Source: Nitrospirales bacterium
GTDB lineage: Bacteria > Nitrospirota > Nitrospiria > Nitrospirales > UBA8639
NCBI GenBank assembly: GCA_965203295.1
Contig: CBDBCZ010000018.1
Coordinates: 1,312,001 to 1,376,000, forward strand
DNA: 64,000 nucleotides
Direction of reading: 5' to 3'
The notes under the pieces are model-generated. The model saw only the letters and a program-made list of their open reading frames with translations. It was not told where the DNA came from and searched no databases. Made by a program: the position numbers and the translations under genes. Shown here piece after piece: positions 1 through 13,022 of the stretch (its first letter is position 1; the number at the start of each line of letters is the position of its first letter).

Positions 1-476
1 GCAAAGGTCAACCTTGGCCATCCTTCTATATGAGTGTCACTACCTCTAGGGATGAGGCTATTATGCTAAAAAATCTGCCCATTATGCTATTCCATAATGC
101 GCCAGAGGATGTCCGATTATGCTCTTGACGATCCTTATTATGCTCACAAAAATGTCATGTAAAAATGTCATGTAAAAATGTTTACAGAACATAATGCCAG
201 AGGTTCAGTGCTCAATGAAATGTAAATATTCGATGATGTTAGCTACTAGCGGGGCTGCACTACCACTATCTGAGTCTAAGTCTGCCACTGTCAAATGGGT
301 TTTACTGGACTTCCAGTGCCAATACTGCTGCTGACAGTGCTACTCTCTTTTCTCCATGTGTGAAAGGTCAATTATGCTCATACTTCTATGTTTATGCCCA
401 ACCTTAATGAGACCTCATTAGCAAAGGTCAACCTTGGCCATCCTCCTATGAGTGTCACTACCTGTTGTGAGTTTAA

Positions 477-613
477 CTCTTTACCAACCAATGACGCATA
501 TATGCGTCATGAGCTCCCATAAGCCCATATATATGGGGGTTTTAATACTAAGCCTTAATACTTTGTACAGGCTTTTCTGCTTCTTTAAGCTGTTTCTTAT
601 GGTTGGTTAAGGG
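477..613. mobile_element. piggyBac-like MITE (TTAA-flanked)
   Basis: TTAA at 473-476 and 614-617. Imperfect TIRs CTCTTTACCAACCA / TGGTTGGTTAAGGG. Partial copies at ~1760-1872 (reverse) and ~50202-50305. Confidence 0.7.
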
Positions 614-1053
614 TTAATTAATATGACCTGACTATCAAGGTTAGCCTTCCTCTGAGTCACTTCCTGTTGTGATTATGTGACCTGACTATCAAGGTTAGCC
701 TTCCTCTGAGTCACTACCTGTTGTGATTATAATGTGACCTCATTAGCGAAGGTTAAACTTCCTATGGGTCACTACCTGTTGTTATTATAATATGACCTCA
801 TTAGCAAAGCTCCTATGGGTCATTACCTCCCAACAGTGGCAGCAGGGCTACAAAGCAGGTCTTCTAATAGACCCTTTACCATTATGACGTAATGGGGGGA
901 ATAAGGGAATCCTAAATGGAGAAAATATCTGCATGTTTTGTCCTTTCATGTAAATTCTAAACATGAAAACACAAAAACATGCACATTTCCATGTAAATTT
1001 TGCCAATACTTTTACCCACCATTATGTCATAATGGTAAAAGGTCTGTTAGGTT

Positions 1054-1463
1054 ACAGGAAGGTGGGTCTGGCAAATATTCAAAGTTGGGGCAGCATTACA
1101 TCAGCGGTCCCAGATCTGGACCTGCAATGCGATTGGTTGATTATAGTATTACATCACTAAATGGTTGCCATATTCGGATGTCCATACTAGGGGCCACAAG
1201 TGGACACTATCCGTTTGGTGATGTAATATGATGTCTCGTGCCCAGCCCCACATCACCACACGGATGTCACAGACTATAGTGCACTTAGTCTTGTGTCCAC
1301 GTGGCCACTAGTATCGATATCCGGATACTGCAACCGATTAGTGATGTAATACTATAATCAACCAATCACATTGCAGGTCCAGATCTGGGACCGCTGACGT
1401 AATGCTGCCCCAACTTTGAATATTTGCCAGACCCACCTTCCTAATGCGGGGCTGGGCACGAGA
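1054..1463. mobile_element. Rearranged pair of TAG...CTA family MITE copies (one forward, one inverted)
   Basis: Matches the family at 7241, 20769 and 30357. About 1056-1200 is forward and about 1295-1445 is its reverse complement. Terminal motifs gtctcgtgcccagcccc (~1233) and ggggctgggcacgaga (~1448). Confidence 0.7.
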
Positions 1464-2293
1464 GGCAGGTCACACTTCTCATCATGTTTTCATATTTTTG
1501 TTTCTGTCTAATAGACAGTTATTCTGCTGTACACATGCTGTGTGTGTATAGATATGATTACCAGGCTCCAACCTTTTACAATGAGTACGTTGTTCTCCCA
1601 TGTAAGTCATTGTCAAGTTGTTATTTTTTATTCTCCACAGCCAATTTCGACGGAGCCAGTCAGTCTACCTCCATACCCCTAAAAAGCAGAAGTCTCTAAC
1701 AGAGACATAACCCATACTAATTTTTTACCATGCTTGTATGCAGCATGCAGCGGGGTGAACCCTTTACCATAAGCAACAGCTTAAAGAAACAGAAAATCCC
1801 ATACAAAGTATTAGCGCCTAATATTAAAATCCCCATATAAATTCATATGGGCTTATGGGAGCTCATGACGCAAGGTGCAATGGTTCTGTCTATCATTCTA
1901 TCCAGTGAAAAATATTGGAAATCATCATGGTTAATGGAACACTTGCTGAACACGATAACACCGAAATCTAAAAAAGAAAAACAAAAAGAAAGTGTGCGTA
2001 CCTGATAGTGACCAAAGCGGTTTCTATTCTCCGCATTTCTAGCTCTTTCTTATTCAACACGGTAAGGTTCCCCATTTATAATACGGTCAAAAACTCAAAT
2101 ACGATAGCTAGAGGACAGGCATACACAGGTTACTGACACGTGTTCATATTGAACGAAGAGCTGAAAACATAGCGAATAGGGCGCACACACAAATCAATTT
2201 TTAATTTTGTGGGGGATTTTCAATTCATTGTTACTGTCGGGTTTAGCAATCGCTTAATTAACCCTGTAAATCGCGAGATAGTCAATAGCCCTG

Positions 2294-2430
2294 GACAGAC
2301 AGACAGATAGACAGACAGACAGGCAGACAGACAGTCAGACAGACAGACAAACAGGCAGATAGACAGACAGATAGACAGACAGACAGACAGACAGGCAGGT
2401 AGAGACAGACAGACAGACAGACAGACAGAA
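2294..2430. repeat. (GACA)n microsatellite inside a Helentron-like repeat
   Basis: GACA array followed by 'aaccaattgcttaacccc'. The same junction follows the GACA run at ~33033-33075. Confidence 0.75.
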
Positions 2431-3783
2431 CCAATTGCTTAACCCCACCACATATGTGCAGGCTAACTAAGTAGCTAAAACTTGCTGAACTAGCTAGCTA
2501 CTGTACTGATAAAAGTACCCTACCTACCCTACAACTGCTACTCAGCAACTTGCTTAGTGGACCCACCTGTGATATGATAGTGCAGACTAAAATGTGATTA
2601 CCTGGTGCAATGGAGCTATTGTGTGCGTGAGTGTGCAAGCATGAGTGTGTGTACCACTACCACTGCATTATCCACCACAGTAACCCTTCTCTTACCCAGA
2701 CAAGCTAAATACTGTGACATAATGATGTGAAAAGCAGCGTAGAAACAAACATCACTCACGGGCCAATGCAGGGATTCTAGAAACATTATTGGGGGGGGGG
2801 GGGGGGGGGGGGAGGCAAAAGTGTAATATTGAAAACTTTGGTGGGCAATGTACAAAGTTTGTGTTTTGCACACTTCATGGTTGGGGGGGGGGGGGGGGGA
2901 GGGGCATGCTTCCCCATGAAAGATTTTTCAATTTAGACCTTCTGGGATCACGTTTGGTGCACTATACTTATTGTATTGTGTTATAATTTTATGTGTGTTA
3001 ATTTGCATGTACCACTCCAAATGTATTCTTTATGGAAGCCTCAAAAACTAAAACAAGCTGCAAAAAACTAACAGGCGAGGAAGCTATAATAATTATGACT
3101 GCCAAAGCCAAACAAATTTGATTTAAATATGCACTCTAGAGCGAACCCATTACATACCTGAGTGCAGCTACAGTGGTGTGGGCTTACTCCCATCCTGGTT
3201 CAACAATGCAAAAGATGAGGTCATGACCTCTGTAACCAAGCAACAATCTGTAATGCTGGCATAATTGGCAGAGTTAAAAAATTAGGCTTTGGGTTTGGCT
3301 GGCCAAAATGAAATTTTGATTGGCCATCTGCACAATTTGATACAAATAAGATCAAATTTTGGGTGGCCATTGTAGAAAATTGCACGGAAAATGGCCAGTG
3401 GCCAGCTGCTATTTTGAGCTCTGATTGGGCAAGGCTGACTGACAGCATGTTCTACATATGAACAATCACCCACTTGAAATGTTTTCTTTACAGAAGCCCC
3501 CAAAACTCAAAAACTAACAGGTGAGGAAGCTGATGTGTCTGCCAATGCCAAACAAATTTGATTTTAATATGCACTCTAGAGCAACAGCAAACCAGAAATG
3601 GATAAAACCACATCTAGCGTAATTGGTTTGATTCAAGAAGTGACCACCTCCTTTCAGAAGAGGAGGTCAAAGCTTAATTAATCACTCACCCACACATTAG
3701 AGCATGGGATTTACTCTAAAAACCTTGCGAAGGTAGTGAAAATTGCTGTTCCTGAGTGCAGCTACTAAGTGGTGTGGGCATAC

Positions 3784-4100
3784 TAGTGTAGTGTTGTTTT
3801 AGTTAATTAACTGAAACTAAAAAACAAAAAGTGTTTTAGTTGGAGCAAAAAAAAGATTTAGTTAACTAACTAAAACTAAAACTTCAAGGGTACTGGCCTC
3901 TGGGAATAAACTATAACTAAACTAATATTTTTTTCGCCAAAATCAACACGTTTAGATAAGGTTAACTAATACTAAAAGTGTTTTAGTAACCATTTTTTTT
4001 TTTTAGTTGACTAACTAAAACTAAAATTATACTTTGTTCTTTATTAGCTTTTTTACTAAAACTAAATCTAATTATGTAAAGCCATACTAAAACAACACTA
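3784..4100. mobile_element. hAT-type MITE
   Basis: TIR TAGTGTTGTTTTAGT / ACTAAAACAACACTA. Perfect 8-bp TSD GGGCATAC at 3776-3783 and 4101-4108. Empty site present in the duplicate at ~5049. Confidence 0.85.
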
Positions 4101-4217
4101 GGGCATACCACACAATAGTGCCATCCTGGGTTAACAATGCAAAAGTTGAGGTCATCACCAAGCAACAATCTGTATCTGTGGGCAGTCTACAGCAGTGCAT
4201 AGGGCAATGAGGGTTCC

Positions 4218-4781
4218 TAGTCTCGCGGGCCAGACGATTAAAGTACGTCTGGTCACGTTTGCCACGTTTTTGCAAACGTCGCCGGAATGTGGGCGACACC
4301 AATCAGATTGCAGAGCGTTCAATTACTACATAGCTCTTACGTTTAGTCACATGACAGTCTGTCCTTTTCAAACGAGATGTCATCGAGAAAAAAGTGTTAG
4401 CGAAAGTTGCGAGTTAGCTATGCTTCGGCCGAACCAGGAATGAGTAATAAGTTTTAAAATAAAAGACAGTTTCCGTCGCTGGTGTCTCAAGTGCACCGGA
4501 CAACTCGAGCAAAATACGAAGCACATGCTCTGCAGACTCACTGTGAAGATTCCGACGTTCCTTCGCCTTACCGCTGACTGACAAGGCAAGCATATCTCTA
4601 CCGACTGTCCATATCGTGATTATAATTATAGCGAGAGTCTATTAGCTTCACATAATAATTGCGTTCTGCCTCGTGAAAAATGACTGCGTCACGTGCACTA
4701 CATTCCAACGCGCAACGCAAGCGTGGCTATGGTGGCCAGACCTAACTTCCCCCAACAAAAATCGTCTGGCCCGCGAGACTA
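4218..4781. mobile_element. Non-autonomous TAG...CTA element (AcademH-like), 9-bp TSD
   Basis: TIR TAGTCTCGCGGGCCAGACG / CGTCTGGCCCGCGAGACTA. Perfect TSD GAGGGTTCC at 4209-4217 and 4782-4790. Empty site at ~5166. Confidence 0.85.
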
Positions 4782-5603
4782 GAGGGTTCCCTTTAGCCAA
4801 TTAAAGTGGAGGGCTGAGTATGGCTTCAAAAAGGCCCACTTCAAAATTAATAATGGTTAGGAAATCACTTTTAGAACTCATTAAATCTTCTACATGGGCT
4901 GATTTTGGTCTAAAAAAAACAGTAGTTGTAGCTTTATTCCCACCTTGAAGTTTCAAAATCAGAATTTTGATCTTTTTAAAAGTACTAAGTTTTCAGTTTC
5001 TCTTACCTAAAACTCATTACATACCTGAGTGCAGCTACTAAGTGGTGTGGGCATACCACACTATAGTGCCATCCTGGGTCAACAATGCAAAAGATGAGGT
5101 CATCACCTCTGTAACCATGCAACAATCTGTAGCTGTGGGCAGTCTACAGCAGTGCATAGGGCAATGAGGGTTCCCTTTAGCCAATTAAAGTGGAGAGCTG
5201 AGTATGGCTTCAAAAAAGGCACACTTTAAAATTAATAATGGTTAGCAAATCACTTTTAGAACTAATTAAATCTTCTACATGGGCTGATTTTGGTCTAAAA
5301 AAAACAGTAGTTGTAGCTTTATTCCCACCCTTGAAGTTTCAAAATCAGAATTTTGATGATCACGTGACTTTAGTTACCCTGTGACTTTCCTTCGTGCAAT
5401 CAAAAAAGTCACGGGCCTGCTGGGAACGAGGCTATCATTTAGCTGCCGTAAGTGTGGTCTGTCTGGTTGAGTGTGGGTACTGTGGGAAACAATGTTGGGG
5501 AATCCCCTGCCACAAGCCTAATTCGTAATTATGATGTCATAATTAGCTTAAAGCTATATACACAACAAAAAAACAAACAAATAACACATCAGGATTAAAA
5601 CTA

Positions 5604-6188
5604 CAGTGGAACTTCGATTATCCGAACCTCAATTATCCGGCACCTCGATTATCCGGATTGGAAAATTGTAATGAAGTTCCCTGGGTACACGACCAACAAC
5701 ATTACCGTCCTTTTTCACTACTGTAGCAAAGTAATCATGGCTATTGCTTCCTTCCCACTCCAACGTTAGTTCCTCTCCTATAATTGGAGTCCAAACAGTT
5801 TTGTAAACGTGGTGGCCTCGAATAACACCATCTAAAATATAGATTCGCGGGCAGCCTCTGACGGGCTCCGATCCCTTCGCAACCTCGAACAGACAAAGGT
5901 GAGGTCCGACAACTGTTAGCTAGTAAAGTCAAGTGAGCCCTATTACTCTACTTTTACTGTAGTTGCTACATCTTCTTGCTTATTCCTTACCACGGTACTT
6001 GAATTTTAGCGGCGGCTACTAATCGAGGACGGCCACTATTTCGTTCAGCACTTCTGGAGGTGCGGCTATAATTCGAGGGCGGCTACTAATCGAGGGCGGC
6101 GTCTGATCACGGAAATACGGTATTCACTTATCCGACGTCCTGAGTAGAATGTTTGGCCAAGGGTGTTCGGATAATCGAGGTTCCACTG
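5604..6188. mobile_element. Tc1/mariner-type MITE with a nested CCGT...ACGG element (5705-6120)
   Basis: TA|CAGTGGAACTTCGATTATCCGAAC ... GTTCGGATAATCGAGGTTCCACTG|TA. Inner TA|CCGT ... ACGG|TA element with repeated gcggctactaatcgagg. Confidence 0.8.
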
Positions 6189-7240
6189 TACTACTTGGTC
6201 TGATAATTTTGGGAGCTACTTATTCTTAGCCCCAGACGTATCACTAGAACTCAGGTTTTCATTTAGAAAAATTGTCAAGGGGGGGGGGGGCAAAAGTGAA
6301 ATGTTGATGACTTTGGGGGGGGGGTGTACAATGTTGTGTGCTTAGCACACTTCATACTAGCTAGGGCATGAAAAAATGAATGCTAGGATTATGCTGGATG
6401 CAACATCTATGAATGCTCATTTTAATGCTGAGGCCTACTTGGGTGGTGTGAGGGAGTTGGTCAAAACAATACAGATGAGTGCACAAGCTGAAGTGCTGTC
6501 TGGGGGCAAGAATGCAAAAGATGAGGTCACCTCATTGGTTACCAAGCAAGCAAAGATTTGTAACCAAGCAACAGAGATAGGATTCCCTTTAGCCAAAGTG
6601 GTACTGTGAATTGCAGTTCCCTTTGAACAGCAGCTACATGACATCAGCAGTAATTGGAGGTGTTGTGTTAGCAGTTGAAAGAAGATAAAAGGAGATAAAA
6701 GAAAGCTAATTGATTAAATTGCTGCAGCAGTCTGATGGCAGATAAACAGTGTTCAAAGTGAACTGAAATCCACAGTATGTTATTCATTAAAGTGTTTTAA
6801 CAGCTGTTTCTTAGGATGGTTGTAATCACAGATCACCAATATTAAATATTCAAACCACACATCACAGAGTGAATCCAATACACACCTGGGTGGCAGTCAA
6901 CAGCATTGCTACATACACATGTACGTACACTTGGGCGTAGGCCTCGGCCTATAATGCTCAATTTAAAAAAAAAAATGATATGAAGCACTGTTTGTTAGAT
7001 TAGCCAATAACGCTCAGGATTAGGCTCCGTCAAATGAATGAAATAAGTTACGACACAATACATCGAAAAACAACCGAGTCAGAATATTTTAGGTGCTACC
7101 GGTAGAAGTCTTAGCATTGCACTAGCACCGTGTCTATCGCAAGTCACTGCCACAGTGACGTAATGCTCAAAAATTACACAGATTGTGCTCGATGCAAAAC
7201 ATCTGCGTAATGTTCGTTTCAATGCTTGCCTGATATACTG

Positions 7241-7517
7241 CAGTCTTGTGCCCAGCCCCACGTTAGGAAGGTGGGTCTGGCTCCCCGTATATTCAAAGTT
7301 GGGGCAGCTTTACGTCAGCGGTCCCAGAACTGGACCGGCAATGTGATTGGTTAGTTATAGTATTGCATCACTAAACGGTTGCAGTGTCCGGATATCGATA
7401 CTAGTGTCCACGTGGACACTATTTGTTTGGTGATGTAATATGATGCAACGCTAACCCAACTTTGAATACACAAGGAGCCAGCCCCACCTTTCTAACGTGG
7501 GGCTGGGCACGAGACTA
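7241..7517. mobile_element. TAG...CTA MITE, family A
   Basis: TIR (c)agtcttgtgcccagccccacgttag / ctaacgtggggctgggcacgagacta. Degenerate 9-bp TSD GATATACTG / GGTATGCTG. Confidence 0.8.
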
Positions 7518-8216
7518 GGTATGCTGAGGCCTTCTTGGGTGGTGTAAGGGAGATAGTCAAAATGATACAGATGAGTGCTGTCTGGGGGGAAGAATGCAAA
7601 AGATGAGGTCACCTCATCAAGCAACCATTTGTAACCAAGCAACAGTCTGCAGCATAATCAGTGTGTGGGTGTGTGTGGGGGTGGTGTGTGTGGGTGGCAC
7701 AGCATAATAGGTAGATTTTTGAGCATAATGGATGCAGGCCTAGCCTGGGGGCAAGAATGCAAAAGATGAGGTCACCTCATTGGTTACCATGCAAGCAACA
7801 GTCTGCAGCCTAGCAACAGAGATAGGATTCCCTTTAGCCAAAGTGGTATGTTATTCATTAAAGTGTTTTTTAACAGCTGTTACTTAGGATGGTTGTATTC
7901 ACAGATCACAAATATTCACAGACAGTATTCTCAGACAGGTGTTGGTAAGGGCAGGTCAAAAAACCTAAAACCAGAAAGAGCAACACTTTGGCTAACACTT
8001 TGGAGTGCTTTGAAAAGCTTCTTCAAATGTTTACACTAAATTAATTACACTTTTAAGGAAGCATGATTAAGAATGGATCAGATTGCTCAAAGGGTACCAA
8101 AAGATAAAATTAAATATCTTTGGTTCCAGGACCCAGGTGTGGTAAAAATGTCACATTATGAAAGCAGTGACTTTTCGGAAATAAGTCTGACACTTCAAGT
8201 CTGAAAAACCAGCCCA

Positions 8217-9495
8217 CAGTAGCTCACATTCACAGGGGCTTCCCCGCAATTATTCGGAGTACCTTCAGAGCTACAGATTACAGCAAGTTGGAGTGTGCAG
8301 TGCCACCACAATAAGCTGTTGCAAAGGTGTCTGGTTATAGGCAGTAGCTCACATTTACAGGGGCTTCCCCACAATTATTCTGAGTACCTTCAGAGCTACA
8401 GATTACAGCAAGTTGGAGTGTGCTGTGCCACCACAATAAGCTGTTGCAATGGTGTCTGGTTACAGGCAGTAGCTCACATTCACAGGGGCTTCCCCACAAT
8501 TATTCTGAGTACCTTTAGAGCTAAAGATTACAGCAAGTTGGAGTGTGCAGTGCAACCACAATAAGCTGTTGCAAAGGTGCCTGGTTACAGGCAGTAGCTC
8601 ACATTTACAGGGGTTTCCCCACAATTATTCTGGGTACCTTCAGAGCTACAGATTACAGCAAGTTGGAGTGTGCAGGGCATCCTAAATGAGTTAGTCTAAG
8701 GGTGTCTGGTTATAGGCAGTAGCTCACATTTACAGGGGTTTCCCCACAATTATTCTGAGTACCTTCAGAGCTACAGATTACAGCAAGTTGGAGTGTGCAG
8801 TGCCACCACAATAAGCTGTTGCAAAGGTGCCTGGTTACAGGCAGTAGCTCACATTCACAGGGGCTTCCCCACAATTATTCTGAGTACCTTCAGAGCTAAA
8901 GATTACAGCAAGTTGGAGTGTGCAGTGCCACCACAATAAGCTGTTGCAAAGGTGTGTGGTTACAGGCAGTAGCTCATTCACAGGGGCTTCCCCACAATTA
9001 TTCTGGGTACCTTCAGAGCTACAGATTACAGCAAGTTGGAGTGTGCAGGGCACCCTAAATGAGTTAGTCTAATTGTGTCCGGTTACAGGCAGTAGCTCAC
9101 AATCACAGGGGCTTCCCCACAATTATTCTGAGTACCTTCAGAGCTACAGATTACAGCAAGTTGGAGTGTGCAGGGCATCCTAAATGAGTTAGTCTAAGGG
9201 TGTCTGGTTACAGGCAGTAGCTCACATTCACAGGGGCTTTCCCACAATTATTCTGAGTACCTTCAGAGCTACAGATTACAGTGCGCAGTGCCACCACAAT
9301 AAGCTGTTGCAAAGGTGTCTGGTTACAGGCAGTAGCTCACATTCACAGGGGCTTCCTCACAATTATTCTGAGTACCTTCAGAGCTACAGACTACAGCAAG
9401 TTGGAGTGTGCAGGGCATCCTAAATGAGTTAGTCTAATGGTGTCTGGTTACGGGCAGTAGCTCATTCGCAGGGGCTTCCCCACAATTATTCTAAG
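8217..9495. repeat. ~124-bp minisatellite, ~10 units, two alternative internal cassettes
   Basis: Unit begins cagtagctcacatt(c/t)acaggggcttcccc. Variable segment is either 'tgccaccacaataagctgttgcaaa' or 'ggcatcctaaatgagttagtctaag'. Confidence 0.95.
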
Positions 9496-9844
9496 GTAAG
9501 CAAAGTTTGAGGGTACTAATATTAGCGCAAAATAGCAATGTTGAAAAATTAGCTAAATTTTGTACCCACAAAAATAATTACTCAGTGCGTGAGCAGCTTC
9601 AGTTAACGTCCGCATATACTTATTAACGTGCTAAGTTATGCATGTATACAGTGCGCACATACACACGTACACACACAATACTGTACACACTTGTACGAAA
9701 TACGTAGTTGTATTTACGCATAGAATCTGACATGGTGTTTTAAATTAATACCCTCCAAATCCACTATATGTCCCATCTGCTAATTTTTGCCACTACAAAT
9801 AAGGTAGTCGCTTTAAGGTACATTGACTGTCATAGCTGGCTTCT

Positions 9845-10070
9845 TTTTACCAGCCGGAGCGTGCGACTATGATTGCTTTACGTTTTCCGCGTCTGTTTGT
9901 TTGTTTGTCTGTTTGTGCGTCCGCACTTATCACGTGCGCAATATATTATGTCATGCGCTACTATGCAACTGCAGTGTATAGCAGCTTTTGGAGGTTTGCA
10001 GGCCAAGCTACAGCAAATGAAGGTAGTTTTGTGTTGCCTAGATGGCGAAAACGTGGTAGGTAGCCGTAAA
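9845..10070 (+). mobile_element. Dispersed Helentron/DINE-like repeat with (TTTG)n core
   Basis: Copies at ~17893-18142, ~22645-22803 and ~35015-35236 (all reverse). Terminal ccagc..gctgg hairpin, then 'agattgcttt', then the microsatellite. The family assignment is inferred from architecture. Confidence 0.6.
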
Positions 10071-10231
10071 GATCCTGGTTTCTTGGCATATAGCTACTAA
10101 CTGGAGGCGCTTGACGAAACTGCTGAGTCAGCACTTTCGCTATACCGCTCTAGGAATATAGTATCTCTGGCTCTACAGCTGTAGTTGAATAGTTTGGCCT
10201 AAGCTGAGTTGTATGTATTGTACGGAAAAGG

Positions 10232-10297
10232 CAGCCTCGTTCCCAGGCCCGCGTCATTTTCGGTTGGGAAAAAGTCGCGGGCCTGGAAACGAGGCTA
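10232..10297. mobile_element. Minimal TAG...CTA-type MITE
   Basis: Inverted ends agcctcgttcccaggcccgcg / cgcgggcctggaaacgaggct. CGGAAAAGG repeated at 10223-10231 and 10304-10312. Confidence 0.7.
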
Positions 10298-11104
10298 CGC
10301 CTACGGAAAAGGCATCCGGCTGGTTTTTTAGACATGAAATGTCAGACTTGTTATTGAAGGTAAGTCAACACTCCTAGCAACACTTTCCCCCTCTCTCATA
10401 TATTATACAGTGCAGCAATGTACAAGCAATACCAAGACAATGCCTGGTCCCTTATGCCTAACAGACACAGACTGATAGTCTAACTAGGTACATAAATTAT
10501 GAACAATTCTTAGGACAGAAAGTAGTTTACACACATCTAGAGGTATTGTTTAGGCACAATACCTATTGGCTGAAAAAGTACCTATTGTACTATGCTGCAC
10601 TGCTCCAAAAATCTTCCTATTATGCTCAACAAATGCCAAATCCATCTCCATTATCCCTGTTGCTATCTTGTTTTCTTTACTGTTCTTGAGTTGGTGTATG
10701 GCTAGTGCGTGTTTACACTAAAGGTCTTTCATGCCTGCTTAACTAAAACACCCTCATGCCTGATTAGTTGTTGATTGAATGCATGCAAAGGGGAAGCAGC
10801 ATGACCAGATGTGAGAGCACTCCACCTTACCTATACTATATGAACCTATGCTATATGAACCAAGAAAACTGAATCATGAACTGAACTAATGCATATCCGA
10901 AATTTGCGAATACACAGGGAAATGTCTCTTAGCACACGCCTTAGTCTATGCTCAAATTATGCTCACCATGTGACTCACTGGCAGTGCCTATCCTTGTGGT
11001 AAGGCAGCTGATGAGAGAAATGGAATGGCGGGAGGGCTGTGTACATTGTGAACTCTTCAAGAGAAGAAAGCTTTCTGAGAGAGTAAAGAAATCCCGAAAA
11101 ATCG

Positions 11105-11178
11105 AGACCCAGCTGGGGATTGAACCCAGGACCTTCTGAATACTAGTCAGATGCTCTTACCAATTGAGCTACTGGAGC
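11105..11178 (-). tRNA. tRNA-Thr(AGT)-like sequence embedded in a dispersed repeat (probable pseudo-tRNA)
   Basis: Minus strand reads gctccag ta gctc aattggtaa gagc a tctga ctAGTat tcaga aggtc ctggg ttcaatc cccag ctgggtc. D, anticodon and T arms pair, and there is one mismatch in the acceptor stem. The flanks are shared with the copy at 28929. Confidence 0.7.
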
Positions 11179-12101
11179 CCCCTTGGCAGAGGAGCAGTAG
11201 GCAAGCTTTATATAGCCACTAAACCCGCTAGTAGCACTTGCCAGTAGGACCCAGCCAATTCCAACTGTAATTACTCCCTCATTATAGGACATGTACATTC
11301 GAAGACGTCAACTAAGAAACAGCCAGAGATGTCATTTTGAACACTTGCCTTGCCCCCCCGCCCAAACCCCGGGGGTGGGGGGGGGGGGGGGGAGGGTGAA
11401 ACAATTTCACGTATGAGAGAAGAGTGGGCAGCCAAACACTAATCAAACGAAGACTAAACGCTCAGTAAAACAAACGATGAGTGTGTGTGTGTGTACAATC
11501 AATAACCATTGTTAGTGCACTTTTTCTAGGGTCGCTAGCAAAACACACATAATGGGGGTAAAACGCCAGCATAGTAGATTGGGTTATCTACTCCTCTCTC
11601 AGTATATGGACGTGGTCTCATACTAAGACTGCAGCAGTCCCATACTCGTACTACTTCGGAGAACAGCCAGACGTCATTTTGAAACAAACTTTAGAGTACA
11701 TGACACTATCTGGACAGCGCACACTTTTTAAATAACGCCCAACGAAAATGAGGCTGTGCAGTTTGCAGGGCACCCTAAATGAGTTAGTCCTAGTGGTGTA
11801 ACCAAACACCACTAGATTAACAGATTTAGCCCTGCACACTCCGGCCTGCTGTCTGTGGCTGTGTAGTTAATTGGGGGGAAACTCCCATGAGTGTGCGCTA
11901 CTGCCTGTAACCAGACACCAACTCACTGTGGGCGACTTAGGCCCACTTACTATGGATCTTGTTCAGTTTTAACAGGAATATTATTATGGTGCAGGTGAGC
12001 TACAAGAAGTGTGGATTTGCCTTCACTCGTTGCTCGGGAATTGCAATTGTACTCGCTCACACTCATAATTACCATTCTACTATCTTTCTACTATTGGCCT
12101 A

Positions 12102-12406
<305 letters not shown>

Positions 12407-12682
12407 CTTGTGACAACCTTCATGTAACCAAAAATGGGGCTTTGGAACAGCTAAATGCTGTCTACACATCCACTTAGGCCACTTACTAAAAGCCACTATG
12501 GAACCTGTTTGGACTGGTACAGTTTTGACAGGAACACCTTTGAAGTAGGCCAAGCTACTATTCATGAGGCTTTGAAGGTTTTCAGAACTTTGCACTGCAT
12601 ACTTTACTACTAAGTGGTATTACACTAATTGAATTCCACCAAATCACTCCCTGCTCAACGAACTCAGTCATGCCTCACACCA

Positions 12683-12998
12683 AAGGTTAACCTTTACTAA
12701 TCAGGTCTCATTAAAGTCATGTGTAGCTCAGTACTGTAGATTACACAACTAAGTGCCACGCCGCTCTGCCATGTTGCAGCAGTTGCAGAGGGGCGATTCA
12801 AGGGCTCGGGCTTTAAACACAACAAAAGACTCCTACGTCACCTTACGAGTCCATTTTCAAGGTGATAGAGCCAGGGCGCAATCGTGAAAAAGTCCAAAAA
12901 CGGTCAATGGAGAGTACTGTACTAAACGTGCATTACGTAATCTACAGTACTGAGCTACAAGTGACTTTAATGAGACCTGATTAGTAAAGGTCAACCTT
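12683..12998. repeat. ~62-bp inverted repeats flanking a ~190-bp spacer (MITE-like)
   Basis: 12683-12744 is the near-perfect reverse complement of 12937-12998. Confidence 0.7.
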
Positions 12999-13022
12999 GA
13001 TCGACCTCCTCTGGCCACACAC

